A stretch of 64,000 nucleotides of DNA, taken from Burkholderiales bacterium. GTDB taxonomy: Bacteria > Pseudomonadota > Gammaproteobacteria > Burkholderiales > SG8-39. This document shows positions 1 through 10,115 of the stretch, piece by piece. The stretch lies in the NCBI GenBank assembly GCA_033582675.1, contig JAVQZY010000019.1, positions 68,139 to 132,138 on the forward strand, written 5' to 3'. The notes under the pieces are model-generated. The model worked only from the letters and a program-made list of their open reading frames with translations, did not search any database and was not told where the DNA came from. Position 1 is the stretch's first letter, and each line of letters begins with the position of its first letter. The position numbers and the translations under genes were made by a program.

Positions 1-1
1 G

Positions 2-76
2 ATCACGGTGAAAGGAAAATCCGAGCCGATCGGGGTGTACGAGGTGCTCGGGTTGTCGGAAGGAGCGGAAACATGA
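2..76 (+). CDS. 3' end of a class III adenylate/guanylate cyclase-type gene (5' part lies outside the window)
   Basis: Frame 2 reads ITVKGKSEPIGVYEVLGLSEGAET-stop. The VKGK..P..VYEVL string resembles the last strand of cyclase homology domains. TGA 74-76 overlaps ATG 73-75 of the next ORF (ATGA). It is absent from the ORF track because it has no start in the window. Confidence 0.4.
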   Translation: MTVKGKSEPIGVYEVLGLSEGAET

Positions 77-766
77 GCAGGCATAGAGGATCGCTGCTCC
101 GATGGGTGTTCGTCGCCGCGGGCGCCCTGGCGAGCGCGGCCCTCGGGCAGGGCGCAGGCGGCGGGCTCGTCAACTCGGTCTCCGGCACCGTCACCTACAC
201 CGCTCGCGAAGGAGGGCTGCCGCAAGACCTGAAGGCGTTTTCGAGGCTCGCCGAGGGCGATCGAGTGGATCTCGTCGCAAGCGCGCAGGTCCGGATCACC
301 TTCCTCGAATCGGGACGGCAGGAGCGCTGGACGGGCCCTGCGAGTTTCAGGATCGGCAGGGCGGGCGGCGAACCGATCGCGGGCGCGCCGGTCGAGATCG
401 CCACGCTCCCGGCGGGCGTGCCGCAGCGAATCGCCCGGGTGCCCGATCTCGTGCGCACCGCAAAGCTTCGGCGGCATACAGGTTCGCGGCGGGGCTGCGC
501 CCCGGGAGCGAATCGCGCCCGAACCGCAGACGTCGGTCGGCGAGGTGCGCGCGATCTACGAGCAGATGCGAAAGAACGCCGCGGCCGACGACATCACGCC
601 GGAACTCTATCTCTACGCCGCGCTGGAGGAGCACCGCCTCTACGAGCACATGCAGGCGGCGGCAGAAGAGATGCTGCGCAGGCAGCCGGGCGACGAAGCG
701 GCGGCGGCCCTTCTCGAATGGGCGCGCGAGCGGTCGCGGCAGTCGAAGCGGCCGCCGGCGAGATGA
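73..766 (+). CDS. Exported protein with a FecR-like beta-rich N-terminal part and a helical C-terminal part; one frameshift near 465 as read
   Basis: GAAGGAG at 59-65 precedes ATG 73. MSRHRGSLLRWVFVAAGALASAALGQ looks like a signal peptide. ORF 73..915 is sensible up to ..DLVRTAKL and then turns Arg-rich. The frame of ORF 545..766 read upstream gives FGGIQVRGGAAPRERIAPEPQTSVGEVRAIYEQMRKNAAADDITPELYLYAALEEHRLYEHMQ... ending at TGA 764-766. The FecR-like call is by eye only. Confidence 0.5.
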
Positions 767-872
767 CGCCGATCCGTCGAAGCGTCGCCGTGCGGATGGG
801 CTGGCGCCGCCCTCTTTCAAATCGCCGCGGCCGCGCGACGATGCGTTGCGCTGGCAAGGCTCGCTGCCGGCG

Positions 873-3800
873 CTACAGCCAGTTCCCCATCAGGATGAAG
901 GGGGCCCAGAAGTAGGGGTGGGCGTAGGGGCGGCGCTTGCGGCGGCGGGCCGGTCGGTGCGCCGCAGCCCGCGCGCTTCGCCCGCAGCGCCGCTCACCTC
1001 TCCGCGAAGCAGCGCAAGCTGCGCGCGGCGAAGCGCCTCGGCCTTGGTCAGCCGCTCGCGCTCGCGCAGGCGATAGAAGCTTCGCATCAGCAGCCCGGTG
1101 CTCTCGTCAGCCACCGGCCACAGCGTCGCGATCACCCCGCGCGCACCCTGGCGCTGAACGAGCGCCCCGAAGCCTTCGATCTCCGCGCCGTTGGCATCGC
1201 GCCCGCCGCCCACCGCCGTGTCGCAGGCCGATAGCGCCATCAGGTCCACGTGGCGAAAGTCGAAATCGCGCTCCTTCAGCTCCCGAAGCGTCAGGCGACT
1301 GCCGTCACCGAGCAGCAGAAACGAGTTCGCCTCCGTGCCCGGCTGAAACACGAAGTGGCTCGCCACATGCAGCACCGGATAGGCCCGATCGAGCGAATCG
1401 CGCAGCCGCCGCGCGGTGAACTCGTCATCGAGATACACCTCCCCGGGCAGCACCCCGCCCTTGACGATGCCCTCCAGCTCCTCGCGCACCGCAGGCAGCG
1501 GCTCGAACCCTTGCACCGGCCGCGTCAGCCCGAGGCCGACGAAGCGCCAGCCCGGCTGCGGCGCATCGCGCAGCTTGTCCTTCGCTGCCTCGGTGAAGAT
1601 CGCAAGGCGATAGCGCTCCAGAAGATAGCCCTCGCCGTCGTGCAGCGCCGCAAGCGGCAGATAGCGCAGCGCCCCGTCCAGACTCACCATCAGCGTCTGC
1701 GCCCCGGCCTGGCGCAGGTCCTCGGCCACCGGCGCAACGAGAATCCGGTACAGCTCCTGCGCAAGCGGCAGCGGATCGCTGCGCGGGTTCTGCAGCAGCC
1801 TGCCGAAACTCGCCGATCCTGCGATTGAGCTCGCGCGCCCCCACGGGGCTGCTGCGCGCAATCTGCACCGCGGGCGTGGTGAGCAGAACGCTCAGGCGCG
1901 CCTCGCCCATCAGATAGTGAAGCGCCACCACCCCCTCGCCCAGCGCCGCAAGCGTGCCCTGCAGCGCCCGAAGGTGAACGAGCCCCCGCTCGCCCACCTC
2001 GCGCGCGCGCGCCGCACCGGCTGCCTCCACCTCCCGCATGAGCTCGGCAAGAAAGCGCTCGAAGGCAAGCCGCGCAACCCGCAGATCGGCCTCGAGCTCG
2101 GCGCGGCGCCGCTCCTCGGCCTCGCTCAGCCCAAGCCGCGCCTTGCGCCGCAGCGCCTCGAGCTCCGCCCCGAGCGCACCGAGCCGGCCGCTCACCTCCT
2201 CGTAGCGCCGCCGCCACGTTTCTTCCTGCTCGGTGAGCGCGCTCTGCGTCGTCCTCGGATCGGCCCGCGCATCGCGCCGGAGAAGTCGAAGAACTCCTCC
2301 TCCTTCAGCATCGCCAGCACCTGCTGCGCCTCGGGCAGCCGCCCCGCCTCGATCAGCAGCTCGGCAAGCCCCCGATAGACCTGCTCCTTCTCGCGCAGAA
2401 ACGAGCGCTGCAGCTCCCTCTCCAGCTCCGTCAGCCGCCCGCGCAGCCCCTGGATCGTGTTCACCGCCTGCTTGCCGAAGAAGATCGCAAGCTCCGGCCG
2501 GCCCTGGCGCGCCAAGCACCATCCCGCAGACCCGACTGCGCACGCCAGATCGTCTCCGGCGACACCGGCGCGGCTTGCGATGGCGAGCGAGCGCTCGAAG
2601 AGGGGCTGAGCCTTGGCGTTTTCGCCCATGACCCCATACAGCTCCGCCAGGTTGTTCAGGCTCGTCGCCACATCGGGGTGCTCTGCCCCGAGCGCCTTCT
2701 CGAGGATCGCAAGACTTCTCTCGTAGAGCGGCAGCGCCCGGGCATACTCGCCCATGGCCCGATAGAGCCCCGCCAGGTCGTTCAGGCTCTGCGCCACAGC
2801 CGGGTGCTCCGGCCCGAGCGCCTTCTCGCGAATCGCAAGACTCCTCTGGAGGAGCGGCAGCGCCCGGGCATACTCGCCCATGCCTGATAGAGCACCGCCA
2901 GGTTGTTCAGGCTCGCCGCTACATGCCAGGGTGCTCGCGGCACCGAGCGCCTTCTTCGCGAATCGCGAGGCTTCTCTCGCAAGAGCGGCAGCGCCCGGGC
3001 GTACTCGCCCATGGCCTGATAGAGCGCCGCCAGGCCGCTCAGGTTTGTCGCCACATTCGGGTGCTCGGCCCCGAGCGCCTTCTCGAGAATCGCAAGACTC
3101 CTCTCGTAGAGCGGCAGCGCTCGGGCATACTCGCCCATGCGCTGATAGAGCCCCGCCAGATTGTTCAGGCTCGCCGCTACATCCGGGTGCTCGGCACCGA
3201 GCGCCTTTTCGCGAATCGCAAGGCTCCTCTCATAGAGCGGCAGCGCCCGGGCATACTCGCCCATGGCCTGATAGAGCGCCGCCAGGTTGCTCAGGCTTGT
3301 CGCCACAGCCGGGTGCTCGGCACCGAGCGCCTTCTCGAAAATCGCAAGGCTCCTCTCGTAGAGCGGCAGCGCACGGGCATGCTCGCCCATGCGCTGATAG
3401 AGCCCCGCCAGATTGTTCAGGCTCGTCGCTACGTCCGGGTGCTCGGCACCGAGCGCCTTCTCGCGAATCGAAAGGCTCCTCTGGAGGAGCGGCAGCGCCC
3501 GGGCATACTCGCCCATGGCCTGATAGAGCCCCGCCAGGTTGTTCAGGCTCGTCGCCACATCCGGGTGCTCGGCACCGAGCGCCTTCTCGAAAATCGCAAG
3601 ACTCCTCTGATAGAGCGGCAGCGCACGGGCATGCTCGCCCATGTCCTGATAGAGCAGCGCCAGATTGTTCAGGCTCGCCGCTACGTCCGGGTGCTCGGCA
3701 CCGAGCGCCTTCTCGCGAATCGAAAGGCTCCTCTGGAGGAGCGGCAGCGCCCGGGCATACTCGCCCATGTCCCTATACAGCACCGCCAGATTGTTCAGGC

Positions 3801-4228
3801 GTCGTTGCCACCTGCGGGTGCTCTGCCCCGAGCGCTTTCTCTCCGATGGCGATGCTGCGTTGGTAGTACGTCACAGTCCGCGCGTAATCGCCGAGCGCTT
3901 GATGCGCGGCCGCTAGGCGGTCGATGACGGCAACGAGCCCGAGGTGTTCGCTCCCCAGCACCTGCTCTCCCAGCACGAGGGCCCGCTCGTATCGGGGAAT
4001 GGCCCCGCGCAGGTCGCGTGCTTTCTCCAGCGCAAGCCCCTCCTCGAACAGCCGCTCCGCCTCCTGAACGCGCGGGTCGGCCTGCGCCGGCTGCTGGGCT
4101 TGGAGGGAATCGAAGGAAAAGAGGACGAGCGCCAGAACGAGCAGGACACGCGTTGCAAGCCAATTCGCCCAGTTGCGCGCGCGTGCGCGAGGAATCCGCA
4201 AAGCGGGACCGTTCAGCGTGGGATCCAT
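873..4228 (-). pseudogene. Signal-peptide TPR-repeat CHAT-domain protein (about 1100 aa), interrupted by multiple frameshifts as read
   Basis: The N-terminus is MDPTLNG..RVLLVLALVLFSFDSLQAQ. About 12 TPR units of 42 aa follow (MGEYARALPLYERSLAI.EKALGAEHPDVA.SLNNLA.LYQ.), then a coiled linker. The CHAT core shows HVASHFVF and LSACDTA, and the typical tail HPYFWAPFILMGNWL ends at TAG 873-875. The pieces lie in ORFs 3773..4228, 2782..3783, 2192..2881, 1425..2543 and 890..1861, plus another frame for the last ~20 aa. Frame changes occur near 3785, 2880-3000 (several), 2290, 1800 and 935. Confidence 0.8.
2630..3790. repeat. Tandem 126-bp DNA repeat (about 9 units) encoding the 42-aa TPR modules of the CHAT protein
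   Basis: Near-identical units recur every 126 nt, for example catggcctgatagagc.ccgccaggttg.tcaggct.gtcgcca...gggtgctcggcaccgagcgccttctcg..aatcgcaag.ctcctct..tagagcggcagcgc.cgggcat.ctcgcc. The unit at about 2880-3000 carries several small indels. Confidence 0.85.
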
Positions 4229-4488
4229 CGCTCACCTCCGCGCTCGATCGGGCGGCGGCGCGGGAGGGCGCTGCCGCCTGCGGTCGAAAAGGATACCTCG
4301 GCAAGCGGCCGCCTTCCCCCCGCATCCGTTCGCCGCTGCCCCGCTCGCGACGCGCGTCTCCGCCGCCTGCATCGAAGACGCAAAAGCGCGCTCGCTGTCA
4401 GGCCCGCGAGGGGGCCGGCTGCGGCGGCATCCTCGCGCCCTCGGGCTCGGACAGGGTTTGCGGCGGCGTCGTTCGGCCGCGCCCCGAC

Positions 4489-6640
4489 CTAGTTCGCGCG
4501 CCTTGCCCTCGTCTCCCAGGTGTAGAGGCGGATCGCGACCCTGTCGAGGGCGGTTCTGGCGACCCGGAGCCCGCGCGTGCGCTCGGGCGCAAAACCGATC
4601 GCTTCGAGGATCGCGCGAAGCTCGCCCGGGGCGCCGCCGCCGCGCGTCGCCTCGAGGCGCGCCTGCCCGAGAAAACCGAAATCGGCGGAGGCGGCGCCCG
4701 GCTCCGCTTCGGCGACGATGAAGAGAAGGCTTTCGCGCCCGACGGTGTCCGCGTCCACCTCGAATCGGTCGAGGACGAGCCGACCGTTCGGCACCACGCG
4801 GTTGCTCTCTCCGGCCCGGGGAAAGAGCGAGGCGATGCCGTAGCGGCTGTCCATGAAAAGCACCGTCACGTCCACCGGCTGCGTGTGGCGGTTCGCGATC
4901 CGCACGGCGAGCCGGTCGCCCGCGAAAAGCGCCGGCACCCGCTCGGGGAGCAGCGCAAAGGTCTTCCCGGCACGCTCGACCTCGACCGCGATGTCCACTT
5001 TCTGCGCGACCGGGCTCGAGGCGGCGTGCGCCGCAAGCCGAAGGAGGTTCACGACCTTCGCGATCGCCCGCAGGCTCTCGATGAGCTTCTCGCGAAGCTG
5101 CGCGGGATCGTTCTTCGCGAGATCTATCGAGAGCGACCGGTGCGGGCCCTCGGCGACGAGTTCGGCCGAGGGCGAAAGCAGCCAGAGCTTTCCGCCGCGC
5201 AGCAGCAGCCGCAGGTCCGCGCCCTCGCGCGCGGGCACCCACGCGATGGCGAGGCCGGAGAGCGTTTCCTTTGCGAGCTGATCGAGAAGGGCCTTCGCTT
5301 TCGCTTCCTGCGGCCCGGGTTTTGCGACCGGAGGCGGGAGCGCGACCCGTAGCGCGAGCGCGAGCCCGGGATCGACGAGCCGCGCGTAGGCGCCCTCGGG
5401 CACGGCGGAGGCGGCGATCGGCGGCGTTTGGCCGTGCGCCGCGGGCGCAAGAAGCGATCGGGTCAGCTCGATTCGCGTCGCGGCGAGGTAGCCGAGCGCC
5501 TGCGTATCGGCGTCGGCCGGGGCGCGCATCAGCGCAAAGAGCGCGCCTTCGCCGAGCTGGTGAAGCGCTCCGGCCGGGATTCGCAGCGCGCCGGTCCGTT
5601 CGTCCTTTTCGATCGGCCACTGCAGCACCCGCGGGCCCGCTTGCGTCCCGAACACCGGCGCGTCGAGGCTCGGCCCCTCGAAGAGCGGTGTCGGCTGCGC
5701 CTGATTGCGCGCGCGGTAGCGCTGAAGGATCTGCTCGGCCGCCTGCGCGGTAGGTCATCGAGGGGTTCATCGCGAGCGTCTGCGCGAGCGCGAAGGTGAA
5801 CACCCCGTGCGGGCGCCGGTCCGGATGCCCGGCGGGCAGTCGCTCTTCGGGGGCGCGCTCCCAGGACTGCGCGGCGAAGAAGGCGACGAAGCCGCCCGCC
5901 TCGGTGCCCGCCTGCGCGGCGAGCACCCCGGTCATCGGCGCGCCGCGCGGCTCGCCGCGCGTGCGCGGATAGAGCGCCGCTGCGCGCTTCGCCGCGCGCG
6001 CGATCTCGGCCTCGGGGATGCCGAGCGCCGCCGCCGGCACGTCGCGGTAGCGAACGCCGTCGTCGGCGATCCCGCGGGTGATCGTGCCCGCATGGCAGGT
6101 ATCGAACACCGCCCACACGAACGCGCCACGGCTGCGGATCGCTGCGATCGCGGCGCCGAGCTCGTCGTCGACGATCGCGTTCTGCACCGATCCTGCCGCG
6201 CCCGACCACTTGCCGATGTCCCGCGGCAGGAAGATCTCGTCGAGTCCGTCCGGCTCCGGGTTCTGCGGGCCGATCTCGCGCGCCGGCTGCTGCGAGCCGT
6301 GCCCGGCGAAGAAAAGAAACACGAAGTCGCCGCGGGCGGCCTTCTTCGCGAGCGCGGCCAGTTCGCCCATGATCGCGGCGCGCGTCGGCTCGCCCGGCGC
6401 CCGCGACGCCGTCGGCGAGCGTGCGGATGTCCTCCGGCGCAAAGCCTCTCTGCAGCAGGACGGCGCGCATCAGCGCGACGTCGTTCGCCGGCCCGTGAAG
6501 CTGAAGGCTCTGCGGAAGCGACGGATACGACGAGACGCCGACGAGCAGCGCATGCTGCCGCGAGGCCTCCGCCGGATGCGAAAGAAAGACGAGCAGCGCG
6601 GCGAGCGCCGCCGCAAGCGCCCGCCCGCCTTCGCCTGCGC
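4489..6640 (-). pseudogene. Exported caspase-family (peptidase C14) protein with a ~390-aa C-terminal domain (DUF4384-like region); two frameshifts as read; start uncertain
   Basis: The signal-like N-terminus is ALAAALAALLVFLSHPAEA, followed by SRQHALLVGVSSYP. The catalytic His context is FLFFAGHGSQ and the Cys context is AVFDTCHAG. The C-terminal part includes GDRLAVRIANRHTQPVDVTVLFMDSRYGIASLFP. The pieces come from ORFs 5529..7466 (N-terminal), 4232..6442 (middle) and 4489..5655 (C-terminal), with frame changes near 6420 and 5752. There is no ATG near the signal peptide; an in-frame GTG lies near 6677. Confidence 0.75.
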
Positions 6641-6649
6641 GGCAGGGCG

Positions 6650-7381
6650 CTAGTTGGTGAGGATCAGGTACCGGTTCCACACCCGCCCGAGGTTTCGCAC
6701 CTCGATGCGGAAGACGCCGGTCCAGCGGGGTACCCACTGGCAGATCTCTTCGTCCACCGGTCGCTCGGAGCGGCAGACGAGGCGGCCGGCGTCGTCGTAC
6801 ACGAAAAGATCGAGGTCGGTGTCGCCGTCGCCGCTGATGCCGACCAGCGCAGGCTCGAGGCCCCGGAAAGTCACGCGGAAGATGTCGGACGCAAACGCGT
6901 TCACGACGTAGGTCGCGGCCCTCGGGCCGCCGACTGCGCCGCGCACGCCCGCCTTCTCGACGTCGTCGGCGAGCGCAAGCAGGTCCTTGCGCTCGCCGGC
7001 GTACTGCCTTGCGCGGGCAAGGAGCCCGCTCACGGTGGCCTCCCGCGGCTGCGGGGCAGGTGCGCCTTGTTCGCCCTTGCCCTTTCCTGCGCTGCGTTCG
7101 AAAGTTGCCGGCTGAACGCCCGCCTCCGCGAAGAGCCGCGCCGCGACGATGAGCGAAAGCGCGTCCTTCCTTTGCTCGCCGTAGCTCGCGAGCCGGTCGG
7201 CGAGCCGCGCGAGATCGAGCGCCCGCGCCTGCGGCGTCGCCTCGCGGGCGGCCTTTGCGACGACGTTTCTGCCCTTTTTGCCTTCGGCTGCCTTCTCGGC
7301 CGACTGGGCGAGCGCGTTCGCGCCGACCCCACACGCGAGCGAAAGCGCTGCGAGCGAAATCAGTTTGCGTTTTCCGAGCAT
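6650..7381 (-). CDS. Lipoprotein with a C-terminal pre-peptidase (PPC)-like beta domain
   Basis: Intact 243-aa ORF. GGGAGA lies 7 nt upstream of the ATG. The lipobox-like signal is MLGKRKLISLAALSLAC. The C-terminus GISGDGDTDLDLFVYDDAGRLVC...GVFRIEVRNLG resembles PPC domains (GDaDLyv motif). Confidence 0.65.
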   Translation of the reverse strand: MLGKRKLISLAALSLACGVGANALAQSAEKAAEGKKGRNVVAKAAREATPQARALDLARLADRLASYGEQRKDALSLIVAARLFAEAGVQPATFERSAGKGKGEQGAPAPQPREATVSGLLARARQYAGERKDLLALADDVEKAGVRGAVGGPRAATYVVNAFASDIFRVTFRGLEPALVGISGDGDTDLDLFVYDDAGRLVCRSERPVDEEICQWVPRWTGVFRIEVRNLGRVWNRYLILTN

Positions 7382-7664
7382 CGTCGGTCTCCCTGGCGTG
7401 GACGGCCTCGATCGGGCGCCGGCCGCGCGCGCTCGCAGCCAGCCCCTGCGGTTTTCGGAGAATCATATCCGACGAGCAGACGGGCTTCGGTCAGTCGGGC
7501 CGCGTCGCGGTTCGTACGGCCCGGGAAAGCGCCCCTCTTTCGTCCCTGAGTCATCGAACCGAAAGACGCCGTTTCGCGAGTAATGTCAGGCGCGGGCGGC
7601 TCCTGAAACGGCACGGGCACTCGTCGCGAAGCGAAGTCCGATGCCTACCGCTCTCCCGATTCGG

Positions 7665-8232
7665 CTACGGGCGCTTTCTTACCTCGACGGCAAGCCGCGT
7701 GCCCTCGGGCGGGCGCAGATAATGGCGCGCAAGCAGCGCCCGGTGCCGGTCTTCGAGTTCCTTCGGCCACGGCGACTCGACGAGCGTCGCATCCTCCTGC
7801 CGCGTCACGCGCGGCGCAAGTCCCAGCGCCTCGAGATCGCGCGCGAGGCTCTCGGCTGCGCGCGCGGGGTCGTCCGCGAGCAGCGTCTGCGGCCGCTCGA
7901 TGCCGCGAAACGCCGGCTCCTCCTTCTCCGGCTTCGGCACGAGCAGGAAAACGCCCACCGCGACGAGGACGAAGCTCGCGGCGAGCGCAAGCACCGCCTG
8001 GCGGCGCGCGGAAAGCGACCGCGCGCCGTCCAAGCCCTCGCGCCGCAAGCGAAAACGCAGCCGCGCAAGGCCGGCCTCGGTGTCGAATTCCGGCGCAGGC
8101 TCGCGGCTGCGGTGCTCGTCGATCGCCCGGCGCAGCGCCTGCGGCCTCCTTCACGAGCGCGGGATCGGCGCCTGACGGGGGGCCTGCCGGCAAGCGCCTC
8201 CGATCCAGTCGCCGGTCGTCTCGTTCAGCCAT
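7665..8232 (-). CDS. Anti-sigma factor, single-pass membrane protein; one frameshift near 8135 as read
   Basis: It starts 24 nt after the ECF sigma stop. MAERDDRRLDRRRLPAGPPSGADPALVKEAA (ORF 7645..8232) continues in the frame of ORF 7665..8048 as ALRRAIDEHRSREPAPEFDTEAGLARLRFRLRREGLDG...AVLALAASFVLVAVGVFLLV (TM), followed by a periplasmic tail. The length of 568 nt is not a multiple of 3. Confidence 0.6.
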
Positions 8233-8256
8233 GCAGACGCATTGACGCGCGGGCGG

Positions 8257-8823
8257 TCAGTCTCTCAGGTATTCCCGGCACGGTTCGAGGAACTCCCTCA
8301 GCTTCTTGCGGCACTGGGAAAGGTATTCCCGCGATGCGCCCGGGGTGCGCCTGAGCATCGCCGCGACCTCCGCGATGCTCCAGCCGTCGAAAGCGACCCG
8401 CGCGAGGATTTCGGCGCGCTCGGGGTAGCGGGCGGCGAACGCCGCGAACGCCCGGCGCACGCAGTCTTCGAGCCCGCTGCCCGCCTCGCGCGGCGGGTCC
8501 GCCTGCGCGTCGAGGAGCGGCAGGAGCTCCTCCTCGTCGAGCGGCTCCTCGGGCCGTGCGCGCCGGAAATGGTCCGTCAGCGCGTTGCGCGCGATCGCCC
8601 ACATCCAGGCGTCGATTCGCGTCTCGCCGCGAAAGCCGTCGGCGTGGCGCACGATGCTCACGAACACGTCCTGCACCAGGTCCTCGGCGCGCTCGCGCGG
8701 CACGCGGTGCCTGACGAAGTAGGCGAAAAAGCGCGGCGCGTAGCCGCGGTAGAGGTGCGCGACTCCCGCCTCCCTGTACTTGCCGCCGCGCCGGATGTTT
8801 TCGAGCGCCTCGTCGTCGGTCAT
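8257..8823 (-). CDS. ECF-type RNA polymerase sigma-70 family factor
   Basis: The internal ATG at 8823 of ORF 8257..9174 gives 188 aa. Region 2 reads DLVQDVFVSIVRHADGFRGETRIDAWMWAIARNALTDHFRR. Region 4 reads ILARVAFDGWSIAEVAAMLRRTPGASREYLSQCRKKL. A GAGAGGAGAAG RBS lies upstream. Confidence 0.9.
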   Translation of the reverse strand: MTDDEALENIRRGGKYREAGVAHLYRGYAPRFFAYFVRHRVPRERAEDLVQDVFVSIVRHADGFRGETRIDAWMWAIARNALTDHFRRARPEEPLDEEELLPLLDAQADPPREAGSGLEDCVRRAFAAFAARYPERAEILARVAFDGWSIAEVAAMLRRTPGASREYLSQCRKKLREFLEPCREYLRD

Positions 8824-8953
8824 CGGCCGGCCGCCCGGCTTCTCCTCTCGATTCGCGCATTCTAGGGAACTCTCGCCGCTCGGGTTCGAAGCTCGGGCGA
8901 AGACGCTCGGCGGTCGGAAGAGACGCGCAGGGCTCGCACGCGCCCGGTCCCGC

Positions 8954-9446
8954 TCAGCCGCCCCGATCGCGCGCCGGCCTGCGGAACGGGCGGAGCAGCC
9001 GCAGGAGCGCCGCGTGCGCTTCGCGGTAGATTCCGGGGCGCTTGCTCTCGCGGGGACCTGCGACGTTGAGCGTCGCGATGCGGTGCCGCAAGAGCCACGC
9101 GCGAAAGCGCGCCGGGGCGAGGCCCTTTTCGAGCTGCACGACAAAGAGCGGCTTTGCGTAGCGCTTGCGCGCAAGCCGCACGGTAAGGCGCGTCCCGCCT
9201 TCGAGCGCGCCGCGGTTTAGGACGAGCGTGCCGTCGGAGTCGCGCACGTTCCACGCGGTGCGCTGCGCGTAGTCGGCCGAGGGCGTCTCGCGAAGCCGAT
9301 AGCGGCGCGCGATCGGCCCGTCCTCGGCGCGCCGGCCGCGCGGACACCAGCCGCCCGGTCGCGATCCCGAGCGCGCGCGCCGCATCGAGCGCCGCGCGGT
9401 CCACCCCCGTCTGGCCGCCGGAGACGATGCGGAGTCTGGCCTGCAC
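8954..9446 (-). CDS. YpsA-like SLOG family protein (formerly annotated as putative molybdenum carrier); one frameshift near 9350 as read
   Basis: RIVSGGQTGVDRAALDAARALGIATG (ORF 8862..9485 frame) joins GWCPRGRRAEDGPIARRYRLRETPSADYAQRTAWNVRDSDGTLVL...ATLNVAGPRESKRPGIY (ORF 8954..9655 frame). The GTG start at 9446 is tentative. Confidence 0.65.
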
Positions 9447-9659
9447 GGGTCTAACTTCAGGCAGGCCTGCGCAAGATGCGTACAAGACGCAGATGCGGAC
9501 GGTGCCCAGGCGACTGGGCGCGAGCGAAGGAGCTGCGACGATGGCCGCCCGCGCAGATCCGCGACATCGTCACCGAGTTTGCATCCGCCGCGGGGTGTAT
9601 CGCTGCCTTTCAGGACTCGGGCCGCGAGACGCCGGCCGCCCTCCGGCCCATGCAACCTG

Positions 9660-10115
9660 TCACCTTCGGCTCAGCGGACGCCGTTCGCCGAGAAAGGGGT
9701 TGACGATTTTCACCCCGGCGATCGTCTGCCCGTGCGAGAGGTCCTCGCTTGCAAGCTCGGCACATCCTGCTTCTTCGGCGGAAGCGACGATAAGCGCGTC
9801 CCAGAACGAGATCCGTGCGAGCTCCGAGATTTCCGAGGCGCGCAGCACCGTCTGCACAGTGGTGTCGCTCCTCACCCAAGGCCGATATTGCCTCACGATC
9901 TCGCGCGCCTGCGGGAGCGCCAGCGGTATCGCGATCTTGCGGGTGACTGCGACGTAGAACTCTTGCAGAACCTGAACGCTCAGCGCGCCGCTTTGCGTCC
10001 TCCACAGGCGCTCGAGCAGCGCCGCAGCGACAGAGCGCTTCTTGCCCGCGTCGAGGTCGTGGGCGTAGACGAGAACGTTCGAATCAACGAAGACCGAGGC
10101 GGTCGTGGAGCGCAT
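9660..10115 (-). CDS. vapC: PIN-domain ribonuclease toxin, VapC family
   Basis: The internal ATG at 10115 gives MRSTTASVFVDSNVLVYAHD...VLQEFYVAVTRK...SFWDALIVASAEEAG...LASEDLSHGQ, showing the conserved acidic PIN residues. It lies immediately downstream of an RHH antitoxin gene. Confidence 0.85.
   Translation of the reverse strand: MRSTTASVFVDSNVLVYAHDLDAGKKRSVAAALLERLWRTQSGALSVQVLQEFYVAVTRKIAIPLALPQAREIVRQYRPWVRSDTTVQTVLRASEISELARISFWDALIVASAEEAGCAELASEDLSHGQTIAGVKIVNPFLGERRPLSRR

Noticed and set aside
2630-3790. Regular 126-bp repeats as a possible CRISPR array or satellite
   Set aside because: The units are contiguous with no unique spacers. They are in frame, encode canonical 42-aa TPR modules, and sit inside a CHAT-protein gene. 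No cas genes are present.
8880-8900. GGGTTCGAAGC, and GTTCGATTC near 51245, resembling tRNA T-loops
   Set aside because: The flanking bases do not form a T-stem: the flanks are direct rather than inverted repeats. No acceptor or anticodon arms can be drawn. I found no tRNA, rRNA or tmRNA-like structure in the window.
9476-9703. 75-aa plus-strand ORF in the gap between the SLOG gene and vapC
   Set aside because: It has Arg/Cys/Trp-rich odd composition and no RBS, and it overlaps the vapC 3' end antisense. It is probably not coding.
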